DNA of 64,000 nucleotides from Setoptus koraiensis (taxonomy: Eukaryota > Animalia > Arthropoda). Numbering within the stretch: position 1 is the stretch's first letter; every line of letters starts with the position of its first letter. The position numbers and the translations under genes are program-made. The notes under the pieces were generated by a model. That model ran no database searches. It was not told the DNA's origin and saw only the letters and a list, made by a program, of their open reading frames with translations. Of the stretch, positions 55,601 through 64,000 are shown piece after piece. The stretch covers positions 16,616,001 to 16,680,000 of the forward strand of contig CM106585.1 of the NCBI GenBank assembly GCA_048013815.1, written 5' to 3'.

Positions 55601-58600
55601 CCCGTTAATTAAAACTTAATGATCGTCAATGGAAATCAGCCTAGTGTCGGCATCATCGTTTATCAATTACCTCTAAGTCATGTCAATAAGGCTCAGAACT
55701 TATTATCAAGCAGACGTTAGTTAATCATTCGGTCGGCAAATCTGACAGGCTCAAGAACTTAAAGGAATCGTACCCTCATAAAAAAAGCAATGATGATGAG
55801 CTCTAGCGATCCTCTTATCAATTCTTGAAATTTAAATAACGAGCCTAGTTATGAAGATTCTAACAGGCGAAAAAAGTTATTTATTAATTTATTGCCTGTA
55901 AGATCACTGCTAGAGATGATGTCTATGCATCATAAGCGTGGCCTTACTAAAATGTCCACGATGCAAAACTTAACGAGCATGAAAATTGATTTTGTCACCT
56001 TCACAAGCATATTATCCAGTCTAAGAGGTAAATTTTTTGCTTCGTGTTGAATAACCCCCTCTGCTTCGTTGGTCGACTCTACACGGAGACATCCGATCAT
56101 GATTCAGCTGTCCCTATGCAATATAACTAAAATGCAGAAATTGATAGGTGTTATAAAAAGAGATTAGTTTATTATTGTTGTTGATATTAATAATAATCAT
56201 TATTATTAGAGAATAATTAGATGAGTATTAATAGAAGCTTACGCCACACTAACGTTAGTTCTGACTGACCAATTGCTCACGCAGCGCGGACTTCAATAAA
56301 AGCAACAAAATGCGAAATTGATTTCTATGCATCTGAGGGCGGTGATTCCATTATATTATCCATCATTGTAGCTATCATACATGACAAGCAAATCGACACA
56401 CAGCATATGTGGTAACGCTTTAACAACGGGGCACATATTAGTGTTGTTGTTACATAACATCCCCGGCAATCGGGTAAAAGGTAGCTCACAACAACAAGGA
56501 CTAACTCATGCTGTAGCAAGCCTGTAGCGTGCCTCACATCCCATCAATCCTATTACTGAGCCACTTAATCTAATCATTGAAACTGTTGCTATCTAATGGA
56601 GATTGTACACACACAATTACAATATAAGCGATAGAGCATATATAGATGAGCTAACATCAAGCTTTTCCAGAGAGACAAATCATTATGACTGAACCAATGG
56701 TATCAGTGGGGGACCAAAATTTTAACAAAACGATGCGGCTTCTCAGTGAGCACAATAGCCATTACTACCTTGAATATTTATAATGAATAGTCAAGTTGCA
56801 TCAACTCTATGGCGTCACTGGCAGAATGTATTGATGATGACGATGATATTGAGTAGACCTGTCTAGTATAAGTTGTTAGTAACTAATTTTACAAGAGGCA
56901 TAACAACAACAGCAACAACTACAACAAGAGAAGTTGTAATTAAGGAATGATGAATGATAATAGGACAGGTACACTATCCTGGGTCTGGTGCAGTATTCAT
57001 GGGCATTCATTGACCGCTTGCTGTGATGAGCCACTTGTTGTTCCGTGCTTGTTGCTTATTTTCTTGTTGGAGTCATATATCTCTATATGGTAATATGATT
57101 TTCAGATACTTATTAAACAAAAAAGTTTAATAGAAGCGTCCCATTACTATTTTAATAAGTGCACAGGATATGGCCATCGTGCATATGAACAAAAAACTAT
57201 TAAGGTTTTTCAAAGAATCCCAGCCAAAATGTGTGGTTTCATGTAAATCGATCCATTACATGCGCTCATTGCAGAGGCTTTGTTCAGCATATAATGTAAA
57301 TATTGTGACAGAGAGATCTTAGTATCCAATACTAAACTAAAGCTCTTTAACACGCAACACTCGAGCACAATTTGGCAGTTTGTTTAAATAGATTGGATTC
57401 TTTTCATCAAGAATGGTGAATATTTTTCTCCGTGCACTCCTCTTCACAAGTAGTCAGAAGTGGACTTTAGTCAAGTGTCAATACTAACAACTAAGGAAGC
57501 GAGTCGAGAAATATTCTAGGAAAACAGATCTTTTGCAACACATTGAATGGTGTCAATAGTGGGGGATTCACATTGAACTGCTCTCAAGAAGGTAGACGGA
57601 TGATGCGCGTTAGATGAATACGAGGTTTGTTGAAGGTGATGATGATTGCAGCAATTCTCGTCACCTTGATCCTTATCATAAGGGAACACAGTTGGCTCTC
57701 TATCATAATCATTATGATTGAAATTAGATCAAATCTAATTCGGCCGTGCTCTGCACACACACACAAACAGACATCGTAAGAAATCGTGCAGTCTCTTGGC
57801 ACCGGCGCCATCATTGCCCCAACTGAACCGACGACATAACCATTATCAATGTTTACCTATGTGTCCATATAAGTGTTTTCAGATAGTAACAAGTGGTGGT
57901 GGATATTTGCAATAGAGGAGCATTTCTAGTATTTGTTCGTCTTCAGTCAGAGGCCACTATCTCAGGTTATAAATTAGTCAGTGTTCTCGAGCGATCCTGG
58001 CAAAACTTTGATGAGAACCATTTGTCTCTTCAACTATTGAACTACGAACACTGCTATCTGTCCACTCTACAGTCTATATATGTTGACACGGTGGGCAAAG
58101 GCACATCAACAACAACAGCGGTAGCAATGCAAACACGGCGGCAATAATAAATTTGAATTAAGACAGAGAATGATAATAGATGGAGAGAGATGTCCGAGAA
58201 GCTCCTATTTATCGTTCGTTGTGTAGGCTCGTTCAGTTGTATGACAACATTTGATTGTGTGTGTGTGTGCAGAATAAATCGTCATGATGATTGACAAAAC
58301 TTTGACGAAGAAGTCATAATCATAGGTAGGCACATCGTGGGAATCATATGGTGTAAAAAAGTAAAGCCAATGGCCAAATGACATCACTTCGCCGAGCTGA
58401 CGGACAGCAAATATTAACATTTCATTATCTGCTATCGAACGAACACAGCAGCATTTCTATAAACTATGGCCACTTAACATCTTTGTCAAGTGCGAACCGA
58501 TGGCCACCGCAATTGCTGAACAAGTGCTACTGCAGTAGAGTTATCACCTAACCATTGTGTGTGTCCCTAAGAAACATGAGAAGTTTAAGGTCTAAAGGAA

Positions 58601-61600
58601 GGTGATATGGTCATTTTGATATGTCACCTGTCATCTAGGATTAGATCGGTGCGCTGTCTTGGTAGATGCATTTGGTCATGCAATAGATAGATCTGTCTGC
58701 GTATAGGACATTCTTATGTGTTCCTTCAGCAACATACAACTTTATATAAAGCATATGTTTAAAAAAACTATATGACCATATAAGACGAAAAGAGACAAGA
58801 GATAGAAATGAGAAGTGGCAGAGAATTGTAAGTTTTGATCATTACCCAATGGGACAACTTGGACACGCGCTACTGAATACCGGGCAAGCAGTACGTGCAC
58901 TGATCCATGAACTCGATCGTTGTGATGAATAAGACGAACTGCTGCTGTTGCTACTGCCGCTGCAGAATAAGGCAACAATGGACGGCACAATTCTTACAAT
59001 ACTGTTCTTATCCGATTTTCTCTTTATTTAAACTAATGCCCGTTGTTACTGTTGTTGTTCCGAGAAGTACCTGTTGTTGGCTCGTCCTGTTATAGAAGCA
59101 CCGCGAGCTGCTGTTATACTTTGAACATAGAAGAGAGCAAAACAAGCGACGATGCAAGTGGAAGAACGTTTCTTCAACTAAGTTTAATTGTTGTTCGACG
59201 GCTACAGCACACATGAGAGCTAGTGTGTTTGTGTGTGGAGTTTCCTTCTTTGTTGGTCATCCCATCAAGTGCATTCGGAGAAACTTCCACTGTACAACAA
59301 TCGCCAACAGGTGAGTGTGTGTCTTCCTGCTCAAGAGGATTCAAGTTCAAAAGTTGAAGATTGGCGGACGTCGATTGAGCAGAGAGAGCGCACACAAGCC
59401 ATGCGCAAGTGATGTAAAAATCTCTTCAAATAGTCCCAAATTATCAGAGTTATCAGAGTGTTGCAGTTGCTTGTTAGAGATGGCAGCCACCGCTTATCCG
59501 CCATCTAACATTGCGCAACACACACACACGCCAAAATAGGCAGGTCGTCGCCGTTTTTACTTTTGGCCACTTCCGATAACGAATTTTGCAGCGATTGCAT
59601 CATTGGCAGCAGCAACAGCAAAGAAGAAGAAGAGCACCTATTGCATCATCATTGGCATCGGAGAAAATCGGTCGTGCTCCATTTTCGGAGCGTTGGCCAT
59701 TTGTGTGCGCCCGCCATTATGTTGTCTATGGCAGACACAGGCACTGTTACACAAGCAGCACGTCTGAGGCTCACAGCTTGAATAAGCTGCTCGGACAAAA
59801 CAAAGGACGTAGCACATAATCAATTAGTTGACTAAACGAGCATAAGTATCCCAAAGAGAGGATCTCAAAAAATATGCACACACACACACAGATATTTGTT
59901 TGCGAGCCATGGCCGTTGTTGGCACACACACACACACACACACTGACACAAACAGTCCTCAACAGACAGCCAAGATTCTCACAAACATAGAGGCGTGCCC
60001 TCGAAAAGGATACTGTCAGAGAGATTGGCCAGAGATTGGTGTTGCGGTCGCTTAATGGTTGCATATTAGTTTTGTAGTTGTAATAACAGCCTGCATTGTT
60101 GTTGCTGGCGGTGGTTGTGTGGTGCTGGGCAGTTGAGTTGTGTGCAAGTTTCATTTTGAGCCAGCGAGCGGACAGCACAACAGAGATACAAAGAGCATCA
60201 AGCCAACAGCAGAGAGAGAGAGAGATAATTTGTTTGCGTGTCCCATCATCGGGTTCCAATATTGCGTTGCGTTACGTTCGTTTTCATGCTCAGGTGCATT
60301 GTAATGATCCAAATAGAATCATCATCAGTTTATACAAGTTGGCCAATGTGAGTGCGTTGCGTACAATACTGACGGTGATCTTGTTGTTGGCCGAGCGCGG
60401 CATAAGCAACGCGGCTGCGGCGACGGCGTCTGCGGCCAACCAGCCCCGACAGAATAAATGTTGTGTTGCACAACAAAGCGAGCCCATTAGAGAGCGGCTC
60501 GACCATTCTCGATCACTTTCGAAGGTGTGTTCTGGCGCACACTGTCCACGTCTCCGACTGGCCGGTCGGTCGCTCCGTTGGCCGGCTGACTGACCGGCCG
60601 GGCGGCCGGCCGACTGGCTGGTAGCCACGATCGTGGCCATGATAGCATTGCGTTGCTCATTTAGCGACGGTAATAGTTGTTTATAACAACAACAACTTGA
60701 CGGCTTCTATATTCGGCCAACAACAGCGAACAACACGACACAAGGTGCACCGTGCACTATTGTGAGTGCGTCTCCCCGTAACAGGTGCCATTCGGGCTGC
60801 TTCGCCGACATTTGCATCTCAACTGTGCTCATCGAAAACATGGAGCGAGACACGCAGCGAGAGAGAGAGAGCCCGAACCTTTTTCTTCTCTCAGTTCTGC
60901 CAGCTAGCAGCCACATGATATATTTGTGGCGGCCACTTTGCCCGCACTGCCGACACAAATATAATATACATTATGTAATGTGCAACTAACATGTGAGTGT
61001 GTGTGTCGCTACCAAGATCGATGCCGGGTCGCTCCACAAGACGCCGCCTGGCGGCCTGGCGCAAGCAACGTGTCGGATGCGCTTAATCTCGTCTACATAC
61101 GGAACATCGCATGTGTCATCGTCAGATTATGATTAAGCACACATGATTGAGAGCGACACTTCCGTCGTCGCTTGAGCGTGTCAACAGTGCCAACAGAGTG
61201 TGATTTACTTGCCAGATTAGCCAGCAATCGCCGGGGATAATCGTCCCAGGCGAGCACGATTGGGGTCTGATGAGCCAAAACACGGCCGGACAGACGGACA
61301 AATTATTATCTTGTTCTGCATCAGCACCCTTGTTGCCCACTGACAACTCTGAATGAACTGGCTTTTGAAGGCTGGCAGCCCCGATGCGGCCACAGCAACA
61401 AAAATCATTAATAATTATATCATCGCCATATATGCTGCCGTTGATTCACAAATTGTGCATATATACAATTCTCACAGTGAGCTTATCAGAACTCAACTCT
61501 GTTGTTGGCTCATTAAAAGCGCCCCAAGCGGCCTAATGACCATGTTGGCGACTGCAAATCTCTCTGAACGGGCACGGATGAAGTCGACACTGGAGAGCTG

Positions 61601-62311
61601 TCTGTAGACAGTTTAACATTGAGCCATCATTGACCATGTGTCACTGGCCGCTGGATAATGCGCAACAGTTTGTCATGATTAATGAATAATTGGCGCCCAA
61701 CAAACACACCAAACAAACAACTCAGCAGAAAACAACATTTGCCGTTGGAGTATGCCAACATTGCACGAAGGATCAGACCGAAACTAGTTTGTCGGCCGGT
61801 TGGCGTTGAAAGCGCGTGCCCGCATTCTGGCCAGACCGAGCGCTGTTATGATCCGGATAGCGAGTCCTAGAGCAATTGCGAGCGGCGCTGCCCGGAATGG
61901 ACTGTTGCGGTCTTGAACGGCGCTAACACGTTCAATGTTTCGCCAATCGCTTGTGTCTGTGTGTGTGGTCGATGGGGGCGCCAGAGGCTCGAGAGATTTT
62001 GGCCGGCTTTTGGCAGCAGCAGTTTCAGATAGTTAGTCAGACACTGACTGTTAGATGGTCAAGTGCAGGTCGGTGCTGTGAGGCTGGCTGCCCGGACACT
62101 TGTGCCAGTGAGACAGACAACACAAATAACTAGCGATAGAAATAATATCCCGGGCCAGTGGTATTTGAATTGGAATTTTTCAATAGCTGATAGCTAATTC
62201 GCAGCTCGCTAATAGAGCAACAACAGCCAAGCGATAGAGAATAAGAGGAGAAAAAAAAACATGTTAATCAGCGCGTCAGTTTGTGTCGTCGCCTGTCCAC
62301 TATTCACGCCC

Positions 62312-62340
62312 ATCTCACGTGAAATGACTTCACGTGAGAT
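62312..62340. promoter_or_regulatory. Perfect 12-bp inverted repeat with two TCACGTGA E-boxes
   Basis: ATCTCACGTGAA-atgac-TTCACGTGAGAT. The sequence is direct; function is inferred. Confidence 0.5.
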
Positions 62341-63062
62341 ACAAATACAAATGCTTGCAGGGCTATTAGTGCCCCTACACACTTACACTAGCATGTAGCG
62401 TATGTTGTTGTCGATGTGTTCGCCACGAGGATAATCGATTAGTTTGAACAATGGGGAATTAGTGCACACAATTGGAGAAACTGGATCAACGGCAACAGCA
62501 GCAGCAGACACACAAAAAAGATTGATCTGAGAGAGCTGTTAAACGATTGGGCTGAGCCCGGCCGTCAGCCGGGCCAAGCCGAACGAGAGAACGTTGGTGA
62601 CCTATGCCTCTTAGCAGTGATGGAATCCTAATGTCTCTCGAATGTCCGATGGAACAAGAGATCTCATCAAATACAAGACCAACTATCTGAGCTGGCGGAC
62701 CCCACACTGGCGTAGGCGCGACGTGTGAGGTCCAGCCCACACAAAACAAGCGCTCTGTTTAATGGCAGCAACTCTAAACAACAAACACTAATCTTCTTTA
62801 TCATGCATTCTTTTTTTCCTCTCTCTCTCCACAAATGATCCCTCTGTCCGCCTCCAATCAACGCTCAACAATGTAACCTGATGATATTTGTTGCCGAACC
62901 CAACTCCCAATCCAATCACCACGCCTCGCACCTAAATCAATCAATCAACTTGCGGTGGTCAAATTTGTGTTTGCGTCCCTCGCACGGCACCAACGACGCC
63001 GACGACAACAACAACAACATCATCAACAACAACAACAACAAATTGCGTCAACGCGAAAACAG

Positions 63063-63442
63063 GCTCGCGCTAAATGCGGACGAAACAGACGAGCGGCCGC
63101 CGCTCACCTGGCCAACAGCGCCTCATTGCGCTCGCTGATTGTGCCCGTCTCGCCGGCCCTCAATAGCACGTCGGCGCTGGAGCTGGTCCAGTTGGCCCCG
63201 CAGCCGCTGGGTCAGTTGGCCGCGCTGGCGCAAACGTCGCCCCTGCTGTCGCTATTCAATCGTTTGGACGGATTTGTGCACGAGCTGCAACAAACGCGTG
63301 GCTTCTTCGCTACCTGGCCCGATCGCATTTGCGAATACAAATCGAGCGTCTCAGCGGATTCGCCGGACAACACCCAACAACAACAACAACAGCAACAACA
63401 AAATGGATCTGCCTCTTGTTGGAATGGACGCGACTTCGCTCC
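63063..63442 (+). CDS. Glypican, second coding exon (gene continues beyond the window)
   Basis: Phase-0 acceptor CAG| gives ...KRILER|ARAKCG. It contains FFATWPDRIC and SCWNG (cf. GPC4 FWSSLPSNVC...DCWNG). Phase-2 donor CC|GTAAGT at 63443. Confidence 0.85.
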
Positions 63443-64000
63443 GTAAGTATTATGGCCATAGCATGTTTTAGTGACACACATTATATCTGCTCTGGAATCT
63501 GCGTGTGTGTGTGCTTGATCAGATGATTCATTAGCGCGTCGTTTTCTTTCGCGACGTTTTCTCACGGCCCGCTCCGGCCGCTCGGGACCACCGCTCATAG
63601 CGGTAGCAACCGGCAAACATTCAGAAGCGGCGGCGGCGGCGACAACAACAGCAACAAGTAGACCCACAATTCGTGCATTAATTAGGTGGAGGTCAACGAT
63701 CTTGATCTCGGGCACGCATTGTCAGTGCGAAGAAGTTTTTGGTGCTTGTTTGCACGTCACGTCACGTCATCTTCTGCTGCTGGCCGCAGCGTTGCGCCGT
63801 TGGTGCACGTTGGTGCGGTTCGCATGCCATCGCTGACCATCACCGACGGTCAGTAATGGCACCGCAAGTGTACAATTGTCACCGCATTAACTGGTGTTGC
63901 ATTCTTGTTGTGTCGCACAAATATAAAAATTTATGTGCGCCGACACACAATCGGGCACCTCCGTGCACCGCGTCGCAATGGGTGCCCGACGGTGCGATGC

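Noticed and set aside
59096-59310. Stop-free + strand segment with acceptor and strong CAG|GTGAGT donor inside the glypican intron
   Set aside because: Phase 0-2 would shift the glypican frame and the peptide has no glypican similarity; it could be a poison exon but there is no evidence.
63245-63305. FVHELQQTRG resembles the NIT-domain signature LVHELQxERG
   Set aside because: Flanking AKCG, WPDRIC and CWNG plus in-phase splicing to the 47-48 kb exon fit glypican far better.

Overview
Eukaryotic (animal) DNA, most likely arthropod. The bifunctional PAM, insect-type PQBP1 and extreme intron paucity suggest a chelicerate, possibly an eriophyoid-like mite (inference, not verified). The window has four compartments. 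(1) 1-16.3 kb is GC-rich with no recognisable gene; it is full of short degenerate tandem repeats and clustered transcription-factor-like motifs, including 7 perfect PAR-bZIP sites, 4 of them within 215 bp. (2) 17.3-30.8 kb is an AT-rich, very compact housekeeping cluster of nine genes: PDE12, Sec20/BNIP1, UMP-CMP kinase, DDA1, VLCAD, PQBP1, an unknown PILKK-repeat protein, HINT1 and SPF45. Seven have intronless CDSs. (3) 31-46.5 kb holds a small giant/CES-2-like PAR bZIP, a four-exon laminin gamma chain and a single-exon bifunctional PAM. (4) 47-64 kb is a glypican with a 14.3 kb intron that continues past the window end. Most notable observations: an internally deleted 'mini' laminin gamma (no L4 domain, no nidogen-binding LE, extended C-terminal tail); several other truncated conserved proteins; near-zero spacing in the CMPK-BNIP1-PDE12 run; and two introns with 276-292 nt AG-free zones and distant branch points. 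No tRNA, rRNA, CRISPR array or intact transposon was recognised. All homology calls come from motif recognition by eye, not database searches.
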